Source: an uncultured Poribacteria bacterium
GTDB lineage: Bacteria > Poribacteria > WGA-4E > WGA-3G
Direction of reading: 5' to 3'
DNA: 64,000 nucleotides
NCBI GenBank assembly: GCA_951813565.1
Contig: OX638351.1
Span: 2,720,001-2,784,000 of the forward strand
Below are positions 38,405 to 48,265 of the stretch, piece after piece. The position numbers and the translations under genes were made by a program. The notes beneath the pieces were generated by a model. That model was not told the origin of the DNA. It was given only the letters and a program-made list of their open reading frames with translations, and ran no database searches. Numbering within the stretch: the first letter of the stretch is position 1; each line of letters opens with the position of its first letter.

Positions 38405-39082
38405 GTGTACAGAGTTATTGTTATAAATGCAGTCATAATGACTGTGTTAGTAGGATTCAGTGTCTTTGCAGGCACCCCACAGGAATTAGGTAAATGGGAG
38501 AAGGGTGAACTACTTCTTGAAAATTATAGTTTTGAAGATGATTTAGCCGCCTGGGAATTAGAAGATGGCACATGTTGTGAGCGGGGCGGAGAGTATAGGA
38601 TGGAAATTGACAAGAAAAATCCACAACACGGGGATAAATGCCTTAAAGTCATTGGTGTCAAAGCGACTGGTACAGCTTGGCACGCTAAAGTTAAGCAAAA
38701 GAACGTCTCAATGCAAAAAGGAGAGGAGTATACTGTCATTTTCTGGGCGCGTTCCGAAGACCCACGCGAGGTACTTGTAAATCTCCAGAAACAAGGTGAT
38801 CCTTGGGATAACCATCTTCAAGGACTTCCTCGGCCCGCTATCATTTTGACAGGCGAGGAGTGGTCAGAGTATCATTATACTTTCACCGCAAAGGTAGATG
38901 TTGTAAGAGACATGTGGGTGGCTTTATCTATTGCCCAATCAGATGTTGATTTCTGGATTGATAACTTCCGCTTCTTTGAGGGCGAACCACAAGATGATTT
39001 GACACGCGATGAACCGTTTCCGGTTGATGCGAAAGAAAAATTGACTACGCAATGGGCATCTGTTAAGACGGAGCGTTTTTAA
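38405..39082 (+). CDS. Secreted carbohydrate-binding (CBM4/9-like) protein with PVDAKEKLTTQWASVK tail
   Basis: Signal peptide, LENYSFE, YTVIFWARS, FWIDNFRF. Confidence 0.75.
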   Translation: MYRVIVINAVIMTVLVGFSVFAGTPQELGKWEKGELLLENYSFEDDLAAWELEDGTCCERGGEYRMEIDKKNPQHGDKCLKVIGVKATGTAWHAKVKQKNVSMQKGEEYTVIFWARSEDPREVLVNLQKQGDPWDNHLQGLPRPAIILTGEEWSEYHYTFTAKVDVVRDMWVALSIAQSDVDFWIDNFRFFEGEPQDDLTRDEPFPVDAKEKLTTQWASVKTERF

Positions 39083-39100
39083 TAGAGCGTTACCCAAAAC

Positions 39101-39147
39101 CATAGCCATCACGTCCTTATCTAAGAGTGTGATGGTTGTGTCTTTTT
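39101..39147 (+). terminator. Putative intrinsic terminator
   Basis: CATAGCCATCAC/GTGATGGTTGTG stem followed by TCTTTTT. Confidence 0.55.
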
Positions 39148-39193
39148 AAGTTACGGGTTTATCCCAACGAAGAAGTTCTCCGTATAAGGTTTA

Positions 39194-39628
39194 CTATCTT
39201 TCCGATGACACATTATTGGGTCTCAATCCTTTTGACAACATTGATGTAACAAGCGTATTTAGGTTTACGCCTTCCTGCTCTGCACGCTGCGAAAGTTGAA
39301 TTTGGATGTGCTCAGGAAGCTGTCGAATCCAGTCTCCGTTGAATACATCGGCAGAACCGGGTTGAGGGATTTCATCACCGAAATCTTTTGCAGTTTCTAT
39401 CCAGCAGAAAACAGCGTCTTTTCCATTCTCTATCGTTTCTTCAATTGTCTCGCCATCGGACATACACCCCGGCAGGTCGGGAAATTCGATTAAATAGCCG
39501 CCACCTTCCTCTGGAGGCAATATGCTCATAAAAAACGGGTATCTTGGTAGGAAAGGAAATTTAGCCAAATAGCCGCCTTCCTCTGAGGGTAATATACTCA
39601 TAAGAAATGGATATTTCAATTCATTCAT
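39194..39628 (-). CDS. hicB: HicB antitoxin with duplicated N-terminal segment
   Basis: EEGGGYLIEFPDLPGCMSDGETIEE; RHH-like C-terminus AEQEGVNLN. Confidence 0.88.
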   Translation of the reverse strand: MNELKYPFLMSILPSEEGGYLAKFPFLPRYPFFMSILPPEEGGGYLIEFPDLPGCMSDGETIEETIENGKDAVFCWIETAKDFGDEIPQPGSADVFNGDWIRQLPEHIQIQLSQRAEQEGVNLNTLVTSMLSKGLRPNNVSSER

Positions 39629-39871
39629 GATTCATCTTCCTTTAAAGACTCAATTATCTGCACAAGTTGCCGAATATATGCAGGTTTAATTGGACGGCGT
39701 GCAGGAATAGTCAAATTTTTAGTTTTATCATGCCGTAGTGTTATATGGCTCCCACCACCCTTAGGACGACTTATCTGAACCCATATCGCTTCGCAAGTGT
39801 CTCAACGTGTGAAATCTGCCAGTCACCTCGTGGGTTGTTTTTCATTTTTGTGAGTAATTTATCTCTGCCAT
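39625..39871 (-). pseudogene. hicA: HicA toxin, frameshifted
   Basis: Fragments MKNNPRGDWQISHVETLAKRYG and GGGSHITLRH...LTIPARRPIKPAYI in different frames. Confidence 0.75.
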
Positions 39872-39962
39872 GTTAATTAAATATTATTACATACAATATC
39901 ATGTTTGTCAAGATAATTCGTTTTCCCTTAGCACATCGTATTGCGATTGCAATTCAACAGTA

Positions 39963-40604
39963 TCACTTTATAATCGCCCGTCTAAACGTTAGTGATATTC
40001 GTCGCTGCCGTGGGAATTTACGACCATCCCACACATCCGATTTTCTGGCAGGAATACCGTGCATCCACGTATACCTCGCCTCTTCCCTTAATACAGCAAC
40101 ACTTCGCCGCGCAAGCCAAACCGGAACTTTCCTTGTTTTGTCATATTTGTTTGTAAATTCCATAATACAACTTGATCCCAGACTTAAATTGACAATGGTA
40201 TCCTTAAACCAAGGCTCTTTATCAATATGCCCGCCAATGCCTTGTCCAGGTTCATATTCATTGATAAGCACCTGATTGGGAACCTCAGGTATGTGTCCAT
40301 CTTTGTGTAATTTGTTAGCAACTCTTTTTAGCCATTCTGGTAAATCGCTTATCTGCCTATCATCTTTCAACTTTCCCGTTTCGTAGTCAAACTTAGTGCC
40401 GTAATGCTGGTAGCGCCGCTTAGAAAAGTAGGACCACTGTTGCTTGTCGATCTGGTCTAACAACCAATCATGTTGGAATTCGGTAATATAGTCTTCTATA
40501 TAACGCAAGCCGCGGATTTTATTCACCGCTTCCTCGTTTTTTGGTGGTGGTTGGGGTTGAGAAAATTGCTGCTCTAATAAGGGAAATAGGGTAATTTGTT
40601 CCAT
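39963..40604 (-). CDS. AlkB-family 2OG-Fe(II) dioxygenase
   Basis: NEYEPGQGIGGHID, WMHGI, RISLTFR. Confidence 0.9.
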   Translation of the reverse strand: MEQITLFPLLEQQFSQPQPPPKNEEAVNKIRGLRYIEDYITEFQHDWLLDQIDKQQWSYFSKRRYQHYGTKFDYETGKLKDDRQISDLPEWLKRVANKLHKDGHIPEVPNQVLINEYEPGQGIGGHIDKEPWFKDTIVNLSLGSSCIMEFTNKYDKTRKVPVWLARRSVAVLREEARYTWMHGIPARKSDVWDGRKFPRQRRISLTFRRAIIK

Positions 40605-40635
40605 TGTCGGTTACTATTAAGTCAATTACTCTGGA

Positions 40636-41874
40636 TTATATTTTCGGATCCGCTTCCAACTCGCTGTGATAGGCGAGAAGAATCGTTACAGCAATGCACG
40701 TCCCGACAATACCAACTGGCGAGAAGTTTCCGACACTGTCTACTAACCATCCGAGCAGTGGTGCCAGAACAATTGTAGCCAACGATTTGGCTTGCGCCTC
40801 AATAGATAAAACCGTAGCACCCATGTCCGGTGTTGACTGAGCGTCAAATCTACTAATCAATACGGGACGCCAGAAGTTTTGAAGAATTGCCAAGCCAATG
40901 AAAAGTACTATCATAGCAGAATGCCAACTGAACCAAAGTGCTGGAATCAGGAGCGCAAAAAGTGCTAAATCTATCCACCACATAAACTGTGCTGCGCCTT
41001 CATCTCCACCCCGCCAATCTGAGACTCGGTGAGAATTCCGAGAAGCAAAAGACGATAGGAAATAGAGCGGAAAATAGATAACCGTAACGAGAAAAGCTGT
41101 CCGTTTTGATACATCCAACGTTATCAGAATAGGCAGTGCAATAGCAGTCTTTTCAAGTATCGGTTGCAGGTAGTCCTTACTTGCTTTATACATTCCCTCG
41201 AACCCCATTCCTTCAAAAACGAGGCGGCGGAGTGGAGGAAATTGCACTGACTGTTTCAAGGCACTACCAAGCAGGTGTGCAACTGCTTTGAGTGAAAATT
41301 CACTCTGCCTATCCCCATCCAGTTCCTTCGGATAACCGAAGAAATTGATGATGTTTAAAAAGTAAGGGATAATTGAAAACCAGAAGATGTCTGTAAAATT
41401 GCCACGATAAAATACTAATACCCCTGCGATGAGAACAGAAACGGCCGAACCCATTTGTGACCAAGAACGTGTAAAGCCGTATATTTTCGTTTTCTCATCC
41501 GATCTGCCTTGCAGACGGAGCCAGTCGAAAATCATTGCTTTGTGCGTGCCAGTGCGAAACGCATCTCCTAAGCCAAAGAAGAACATCGCTCCGAAAAGCA
41601 TCGGGAGCGATTTACTCACAGCAAAAGTGGCAAAAGAGACAATATAGGCACAAAATGAAAAAATCATGGCGCGTCGGCGACCGTAAAGGTCAGCGAGTGC
41701 GCCGGAGGGTATTTCAAATAGGTTGGTGCAAACCTCCCGAAATCCAATTAGGATACCAATTTGGAAGAAGGACAAACCTTTCTCAAGAAACGCTAAAATC
41801 AGAAACGGATCGTAGTAGCGTTGATTTTTTAAGAATCCGTAGAGCGAAAAACGGAAGAGCATCGGTATGCGCAT
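40636..41874 (-). CDS. MFS transporter
   Basis: EIPSGALADLYGRR, about 12 TM segments. Confidence 0.9.
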   Translation of the reverse strand: MRIPMLFRFSLYGFLKNQRYYDPFLILAFLEKGLSFFQIGILIGFREVCTNLFEIPSGALADLYGRRRAMIFSFCAYIVSFATFAVSKSLPMLFGAMFFFGLGDAFRTGTHKAMIFDWLRLQGRSDEKTKIYGFTRSWSQMGSAVSVLIAGVLVFYRGNFTDIFWFSIIPYFLNIINFFGYPKELDGDRQSEFSLKAVAHLLGSALKQSVQFPPLRRLVFEGMGFEGMYKASKDYLQPILEKTAIALPILITLDVSKRTAFLVTVIYFPLYFLSSFASRNSHRVSDWRGGDEGAAQFMWWIDLALFALLIPALWFSWHSAMIVLFIGLAILQNFWRPVLISRFDAQSTPDMGATVLSIEAQAKSLATIVLAPLLGWLVDSVGNFSPVGIVGTCIAVTILLAYHSELEADPKI

Positions 41875-41892
41875 AGGTTAACTGAGATTATC

Positions 41893-42402
41893 TCACTGTT
41901 TCTCCCAGATTTGCACATTATGGCGTGGTAAATCAAAAGGATATTCTCCGTATTCAAGGATTGGGATGCCGTTATCATCTACGGTGACAATAGCGTAGAG
42001 TTGATGGGGAGAAACACTTGTGTCTACCCGTTCAAGGAATTGCCACTTATCTCCTTCAGCGGTTATAAGCCTTATTTTTGTCCAGAGGATACCTTCACCA
42101 TCAGTGTATGTTCCATCTGATGTTTGTAGAATAGGTTGAGGATCTGCAGGTAGGGTAAAACTTTCTCCGATTGTAGATGTCGAATTTAGGTGGTTATGTG
42201 ATACTAACACCCATGTTCCGGGAACAGGCACTTCAATACCGTTCTGGTCAACAGGCCATACATGGTCACGTTCTTCTATCGGAGTTGGAGTTTCCAACTG
42301 AGAATCTAATACTTGTGAGACTCGTTCACAACCGGAAAACCCAAAAACTAAAACAGTAAGAGCTAATATAAACGTAAGTTTTGTGATTGTTTTCATAAGC
42401 AC
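41893..42402 (-). CDS. Hypothetical lipoprotein
   Basis: Signal peptide ending in an FSGC lipobox. Confidence 0.6.
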   Translation of the reverse strand: MLMKTITKLTFILALTVLVFGFSGCERVSQVLDSQLETPTPIEERDHVWPVDQNGIEVPVPGTWVLVSHNHLNSTSTIGESFTLPADPQPILQTSDGTYTDGEGILWTKIRLITAEGDKWQFLERVDTSVSPHQLYAIVTVDDNGIPILEYGEYPFDLPRHNVQIWEKQ

Positions 42403-42462
42403 GTTGAATTCCTTTGTTTTAAAATAATTGTAATGGTTGGTAGGATATGTCCGTTTGAGAAT

Positions 42463-42710
42463 TTATAAACTTACTGTAGAATTTTCATTCGTGTAAACAA
42501 CCATTTGTGCTTTTTCTCTATCTGCTGCATACGCAAGACATGCTTGAATGTCGGTCTCAGTTAAATAGGGAAAATCATCAAGAATTTCGTCTACTGTCAT
42601 GCCCGAAGCAAGATAGTCTAAGACATCGTAAACGGTGATTCGCATTCCCGAATACAAGGTTTTCCTCCGCGTTTCCCAGGTTCAATGGTAATAATGTCTC
42701 GGTAATTCAT
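42463..42710 (-). pseudogene. DUF433-family protein with -1 frameshift near 42648
   Basis: MNYRDIITIEPGKRGGKPCIR / MRITVYDVLDYLASGM...DFPYL. Confidence 0.8.
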
Positions 42711-42917
42711 CTATCCGACCTCCCAAGTAAGTTTTACAATTCCAGATTTACTTTTCGACCCTTTAACGGTGTTAATCCACTGTAATGATATTATAGGTCT
42801 TACATCTAACTTACGTTATATTATACCACAATATTATCAACTTGTAAAATTTTTCTATCCATTCGTTTAAATTGTGCTATTTTTGCGATTCACAAATTAT
42901 TAGGTAACCTATTACTT

Positions 42918-43283
42918 TCAACCGACAGTCTTATCCTTTCGCTGGTGGACAATGACATGATTACCATCGGGGTCTGCGACAATCGCCCAAAAACATACTG
43001 CAGATTCCCCCAGAGGTGCATGTATATGGATTCCAGCTTGTTCTAATTCCTGGACAGTAGCCTTTGCGTCTTCAACTGCAAGCGCGACTGTCCCGCCACC
43101 GGGAGACGTAAAATCATAACCCTGCCCTAACACAAGTGTGCCGGGATTTATCTCAAATTCTGCCCATGTGCCTTCATGCACTAAACATGCCAGTGGAATC
43201 CCAAGTACATCACGATAAAAGGCGATTGATTTCTGCATATCACTCACCCGAAAGAAAGTAAAGTCGATACCTAATACATTCAA
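42918..43283 (-). CDS. VOC/glyoxalase family protein
   Basis: VSDMQKSIAFYRDVLG, DPDGN. Confidence 0.85.
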   Translation of the reverse strand: MNVLGIDFTFFRVSDMQKSIAFYRDVLGIPLACLVHEGTWAEFEINPGTLVLGQGYDFTSPGGGTVALAVEDAKATVQELEQAGIHIHAPLGESAVCFWAIVADPDGNHVIVHQRKDKTVG

Positions 43284-43320
43284 AGCTGCAATCTCCTCTG
43301 CTCACTTTTACAATGATGTA

Positions 43321-44292
43321 CTAAGCAGCAAGTGTTTGGATCGGATATTCGTTATCGTATTCGGGGGCTGCCCAGAACGGACTCCAATCTGTGGCTCGCT
43401 CCTTTCCGATGTAAAGCGTCTTTCCGATAACTGCCCATGCTGTTCCATCGGATGTAAACGCAATACAACCCGTGCGAATTCGATCGGTGGATTCTGTGAG
43501 CTGATCGTTGAGTTGAGTCCACGTCGCGCCACCATTCTCCGAACGACAGAGCCAAGCGCCACCGCCTCTTGGTCCGTTTTGAACTGTGGCGATCAGTAAG
43601 TCTGGGTCTGCTGGATGTACTGCAATAGCGGTGCCGTAGCGAACCGGCAACCCTTCAATCCGGTTTACCCACGAGTTCCCTCGGTCTTTGCTGACATAGA
43701 CACCGTTTTGGGTATTCGCATAAACTTGATGATCGTCCGCGGGACATGTAGCGACCTGATGGACATCTTTATGAAGTTCTGGCGTTACAGGTTCCCACGA
43801 AACACCTTCATCGGGGGAACGCATGACACTTCCCACATGGATATCTGCATAACAAAAACCGTCTTGAGTTTTAGCAAAAGTCCGCACGGCTGGTGGGCCT
43901 CCCCACGGCGTATACCAATCTTTCCGACATTCTAATTCGTCAAATGCGATGACCCGTTCAGCCGGCCCTTCTTCTCCAACGAGGCGATAGACATAAGCAC
44001 CCTCATCCGTTCCGATGAGCAGAGTCAACGGATCCTCACGAACAACGAGCAACGAAGCGATTGGATCCTCTATACCTGTTGGAATCTGTTTCTCACCATC
44101 CTCCGATAAAACCAGTAGCGTTCCATCCGACAAAGCGGACACCACGGTTTGACCGCTTGACAGTGAAACCATTGCACCGTGCGGAGCCTTTCCGCCGAGA
44201 CCTTGATAGTCTGTGCTTTTGTAGATTATGGTGGGTTCACCACTTCCATTATCTTCAACAGCATAGATAGCGTTGTAAGTAGCAATAAACAT
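43321..44292 (-). CDS. BNR/Asp-box beta-propeller protein
   Basis: RSPDEGVSW, SKDRGNSW, RSENGGATW. Confidence 0.75.
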   Translation of the reverse strand: MFIATYNAIYAVEDNGSGEPTIIYKSTDYQGLGGKAPHGAMVSLSSGQTVVSALSDGTLLVLSEDGEKQIPTGIEDPIASLLVVREDPLTLLIGTDEGAYVYRLVGEEGPAERVIAFDELECRKDWYTPWGGPPAVRTFAKTQDGFCYADIHVGSVMRSPDEGVSWEPVTPELHKDVHQVATCPADDHQVYANTQNGVYVSKDRGNSWVNRIEGLPVRYGTAIAVHPADPDLLIATVQNGPRGGGAWLCRSENGGATWTQLNDQLTESTDRIRTGCIAFTSDGTAWAVIGKTLYIGKERATDWSPFWAAPEYDNEYPIQTLAA

Positions 44293-44405
44293 TATGTTCC
44301 CTGTTCCTTCAAAACTGTGTTTCTCAATGTAAACATCAGTTTTAGTGTTCCTGCTTCAGCGTCCACTGCCTTCCAACGAGGTCTTACACGGACTCGATAG
44401 GCGTT

Positions 44406-45500
44406 TTACATCTCATGCGAACCGCACACGATGGTTCTTAGGTTGATAGCAGCATTTACGTCGCGGTCTTCTGTGAAACCGCAACTTTGGCAATGATATT
44501 GCCTTTCTGATAGTGATAAATCTTCTTTCTTATCACCGCAGCGGCTACAGGTCTTGCTTGAGGCGAAAAACTGCGGGGCTTCTACAACAGGTATACCCAA
44601 CCCTTCGGCTTTGGATTTGAGTTTCGCCAGAAAACCACTGATCGCTGAATCCGATAAGGCTTTCGCCAGTTTCTGATTCTTGAGCATGTTCGTAATTTTC
44701 AGCGTTTCAATACCGATAGCACTCGCATTCTTAACTATCTCCGTTGTCGCTTTATGGTGTGCGTCCTCACGGATGCAGGCAATACGATAGTGGAGTTTTT
44801 CCACTGCCTCTTTCTGCTTATACCAATTGTTGGATCGAAACACCTTCTTGCTCAACTTACGTTGCTCCCGCTTAAGTTTTCGCTCATAACGCTTCAGCGG
44901 TCTTGGGTTCTCATACTTTGTGCCATCATCAAGAGTTGCGAGAGTGTTGATACCTACATCTATGCCGACGACAGGGAGTCCACGGGTATCACGTGGAACA
45001 TTCGGTAATCCTGTTTCGACAAGGATGCTAACGAACCAACGATGCGCTTTCCTTGAAATTGTCACGCGACGGATTTCACCGTCAAACCTCAACGCTTCAA
45101 ACATAGAAACCTTCCCAATTTTCGGGAGACGGATATGTTTGCCTTCCACTTTTACCTTTGTGCCTTCAACCGTATAGGACTGACGGTGTGAACGCTTTTT
45201 ATACTTCGGAAACTTGTTTGCTCCATCCTTCCAACGTTTGATAGCCTCACCAAGATTCTCAAACGCATACGCAGAGGCGCGCTGATCACAGGCACCGCAC
45301 CAGTCAAACTTCTCACGTTTTGCGGCGTTGAACCGTTGGCGCAACGTCCGAGCAGAACGCCATTCGTCTTTCGACAAACCGTCTTTGAAATCAGAGAGTC
45401 CATAGTTGAACGCAACACGCGCATAACCGCATTGTTGGGCAAACCATGACCGCTGTTTTTCTGTAGCGCGCAAGGCTATCTTGTGTGCTTCTAATGCCAT
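44406..45500 (-). CDS. tnpB: RNA-guided endonuclease TnpB
   Basis: N-terminal HTH (AHKIAL...GYARVAFN), GIDVG, GIETL, SSKTCSRC, DRDVNAAINL. Confidence 0.95.
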   Translation of the reverse strand: MALEAHKIALRATEKQRSWFAQQCGYARVAFNYGLSDFKDGLSKDEWRSARTLRQRFNAAKREKFDWCGACDQRASAYAFENLGEAIKRWKDGANKFPKYKKRSHRQSYTVEGTKVKVEGKHIRLPKIGKVSMFEALRFDGEIRRVTISRKAHRWFVSILVETGLPNVPRDTRGLPVVGIDVGINTLATLDDGTKYENPRPLKRYERKLKREQRKLSKKVFRSNNWYKQKEAVEKLHYRIACIREDAHHKATTEIVKNASAIGIETLKITNMLKNQKLAKALSDSAISGFLAKLKSKAEGLGIPVVEAPQFFASSKTCSRCGDKKEDLSLSERQYHCQSCGFTEDRDVNAAINLRTIVCGSHEM

Positions 45501-45513
45501 TCGGGTATATCTC

Positions 45514-45597
45514 GTATCTCGTTTTTACCGCTTGTCAGAGTCGGTCGGCGAGGAGACCGCACTTGCGTGCGGCTGACAAGTCCTCGCCACGAGATAC
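45514..45597 (-). ncRNA. Candidate structured 5' leader RNA (pseudoknot) upstream of tnpB
   Basis: Four perfect complementary pairs (9, 8, 6 and 8 bp) with a GCAA tetraloop, immediately after a TATAAT at 45607-45602. Confidence 0.55.
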
Positions 45598-45671
45598 TAT
45601 CATTATACTACTTTTCTACACGAAATGTGAAGAAAAACATACAGAAACATAGAAAAAGAACTGTTTAGGAA

Positions 45672-46301
45672 CTACTCCTTTTTCGTGTAGCATCGGAATA
45701 ACTTTGGTCCGTAGTGGAAGTCTGGATCAAGCTTTGCAGCTTCTTTAACCGCCTCTTGTTCAGTATAGGTTGTCGTTGTGTAATCGCGGCCATAATCACG
45801 CTCCCGTGTCATGAGATTATAGAAAAAGTTGACAGCAAAAACCAATCCTGAAACGGTATCAACATAGCCTTCAGTGGGTCCGATGTAGGAGCGGTAACCG
45901 GACTTTAGGAAGGCTTCAGCCAATGGCTGTCTGCCGGCGCCACAAGGTATAGCGATTAGGGTGCCCTCTCGGTTTTGGACATGTTCAGTAATTTTATCGG
46001 GTGTCAATTCAACGATGACCGAGTCCCAATCTTCTTCGTTTTCGTAATCGCCCGAAGCCTGATCTACAACGTCAAGTCTGAGGGCCATATCCTCTGGCGT
46101 GCCGCCTCCGCCGTGGCAAAGGATGATCGTATACGCATAGTTACGAGGTTGTGCGAAGAAATCAAACACTTGTGGTTTCTGGACAAAGCGATAGAAATCA
46201 ACACGCAGCCTAAAACTTTCGAGCATTCCACGAAGGGCAGACGCTTCTTCAGTCATCGTATGGTCACAAACGATTGCAACCGGTGTAAATAGTCTTAACA
46301 T
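45672..46301 (-). CDS. Hypothetical protein, possible caspase/CHAT-like fold
   Basis: IILCHG...IAIPCGAG...LAEAFLKSGYRSYIG. Confidence 0.55.
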   Translation of the reverse strand: MLRLFTPVAIVCDHTMTEEASALRGMLESFRLRVDFYRFVQKPQVFDFFAQPRNYAYTIILCHGGGGTPEDMALRLDVVDQASGDYENEEDWDSVIVELTPDKITEHVQNREGTLIAIPCGAGRQPLAEAFLKSGYRSYIGPTEGYVDTVSGLVFAVNFFYNLMTRERDYGRDYTTTTYTEQEAVKEAAKLDPDFHYGPKLFRCYTKKE

Positions 46302-46473
46302 TTGAAATTTCCTCTTATAATTTTACTATGTTCTATACAAGTTGGATACAGTATACTAAAGTTTGAACCATTTTTTAGAATCTTTAGGTGGTAAACTGGA
46401 TTGAGAAATACCTTAATGGAAGTAAAATCTTCACGAGTTAGGGAAGAAGTGCAAACTCAGAAGAACCTGCAAT

Positions 46474-47040
46474 TCACAGTATGTCTTGTGAGAATAGTGA
46501 GAACACTATAGTATTCGGTATACCGTCATTCAAAGGAGAATTATCTTTTACTCGTTTTTTCTCAGAAGGATTGAGTTTTTCAATGACTCGTGCACTCGGA
46601 ACATTTTCAATTGAAGTCACCACATCAATACGTTTGAGTCCAAGCTGCTCAAATCCAAAGCGCGCAAGAAGTCTTGAAGCAGCCGTTGCAATGCCTTGTC
46701 TTGTTCGAGACGTTCTCACCCAATATCCAAGGTTCGCCGTTTGGTTAATCCAGTTGACCTCATCTAAACCACACCCACCTAAAATGCTGCCGGTTATCGC
46801 ATCGGTAATGACAAAGTGGTATTCACTTCGTTGTTCCCAGAATCTCGGAATCATCTTTTCAATCCATGTCTGAGCTTCTTCAATTGAATAATCTTGATGA
46901 CACCACGATAGATGACGTGATACTTCTGCAACCGACTCTCGCACAGCCTCAAAATATGGATGAACGTCACTGGATTTGTGGGTACGAATGGTGATTGTTC
47001 CATCGCTAAGTTCCGTTGGGGTTTCGACAGTGAGTGTCAT
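46474..47040 (-). CDS. RimJ/RimL-type GNAT acetyltransferase
   Basis: ANLGYWV...RQGIAT, ENVPSARVIEKL. Confidence 0.88.
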   Translation of the reverse strand: MTLTVETPTELSDGTITIRTHKSSDVHPYFEAVRESVAEVSRHLSWCHQDYSIEEAQTWIEKMIPRFWEQRSEYHFVITDAITGSILGGCGLDEVNWINQTANLGYWVRTSRTRQGIATAASRLLARFGFEQLGLKRIDVVTSIENVPSARVIEKLNPSEKKRVKDNSPLNDGIPNTIVFSLFSQDIL

Positions 47041-47107
47041 TAATATAACCTTTTTATTTTTACGAATGGGTTAGGTGAAAGTTTAATTTTCAGAAGATGA
47101 TTTCTCT

Positions 47108-48208
47108 TCAGCCATCGATTAAACGCAAGTCTATAATTGCTGCAATAAATCGCTCGGCTACTGCTTGTGCGAGTTTATTTTCCCTGTCATTTTTTGGATT
47201 TAATGAAGCCACCATAAGGACTGCTTGGACAAAGTAACGTGATATAGCGAGGCGATAGTCTTCCCAACACGCCTCGAAGGTATATCCATTAACTCCATTT
47301 GTCTTTAGTGTTTCGTGATAGATTTTTAGGAGTTGCTGTTCCTCCACCTGCCGGTTTGATGTAACTTGCAAGCACCCGCCGATAAACCATGCAACGTCCC
47401 AAACTCCCTCTCCGCGTGATATATCTTGCCAGTCAATCACGGCAAAGCCTGGTTTTCCAAGAGAAGCACCAAAAAACACGTTCTCCAAGCGAAAATCACC
47501 GTGGACCAGGGTTTTCGGTGGTTTCCTGAATTGGGGCTTATCCATTAATTTCTCAGGCAATTGTTCTCCAAAAGCCTTAGCAGCATCAGTTAACAGAACT
47601 CCTACTTTGCTAAGAAAAATAGGAAATGCTTTTCGATATTGATCGAGAACCCAACAGGTCATGGAATCAGAATCCGTTGGCGACCCAGGTAACCAGTCAA
47701 ACCCTTCAAGCTTTTCATTTTGCCACCAGTGGGCATGAAAACCGGCAATTGCACGGAGAGCAAGTGCTGTTTCTTCTGCTGTACTTCCTTTGATTTGATC
47801 TCCGACTTTAGCCGGGGCAAGGTCTTCAAGAATCCGAACATACTTCCCATCCGGGACGTTCATCGCACTGTAATAACAATAGGGAGTGCGAAGGTGCGTC
47901 TCTTTGACAAGTTGCTGATAAAATAAAATTTCGCACTTGTCTGGCGTAAATGGACGCGTTTTTACCCGCATAGTTTCATCTGGCGCATGTAGTTTGGCAA
48001 CCAGCGTGCTTGGTAGTGCTGATTGAGATTGACTAAAACTGAGATGCAAACGTGCTAACTGTCCAGCGCAAGTCAACTCAGCGATTGGTTCAATGCGAAG
48101 TGATGTTACGACAGCATTCAGGGATATACCAGTTGAACATAAGGCTTCAGTGAGCCATTGAGGTGTAATATCCTTAGGTGTGTCGGGAATACTTAAAAGA
48201 TCCATCAA
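47108..48208 (-). CDS. APH/choline kinase-like phosphotransferase
   Basis: TLVHGDFRLENVFF, VIDWQ. Confidence 0.85.
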   Translation of the reverse strand: MMDLLSIPDTPKDITPQWLTEALCSTGISLNAVVTSLRIEPIAELTCAGQLARLHLSFSQSQSALPSTLVAKLHAPDETMRVKTRPFTPDKCEILFYQQLVKETHLRTPYCYYSAMNVPDGKYVRILEDLAPAKVGDQIKGSTAEETALALRAIAGFHAHWWQNEKLEGFDWLPGSPTDSDSMTCWVLDQYRKAFPIFLSKVGVLLTDAAKAFGEQLPEKLMDKPQFRKPPKTLVHGDFRLENVFFGASLGKPGFAVIDWQDISRGEGVWDVAWFIGGCLQVTSNRQVEEQQLLKIYHETLKTNGVNGYTFEACWEDYRLAISRYFVQAVLMVASLNPKNDRENKLAQAVAERFIAAIIDLRLIDG

Positions 48209-48265
48209 GTTCTAATCAACGATTTCTTTTCTCAAAAAGGTGCTACAAACAATAAGGTCTTTTTG

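Larger units (their letters stand above)
44301..45660 (-). mobile_element. Non-autonomous IS607-like element (tnpB only)
   Basis: CTGTT at both junctions (44301 and 45661); right end GTTTTGAAGGAACAG; short AAACAT direct repeats at the left end; no TIR. Confidence 0.7.
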
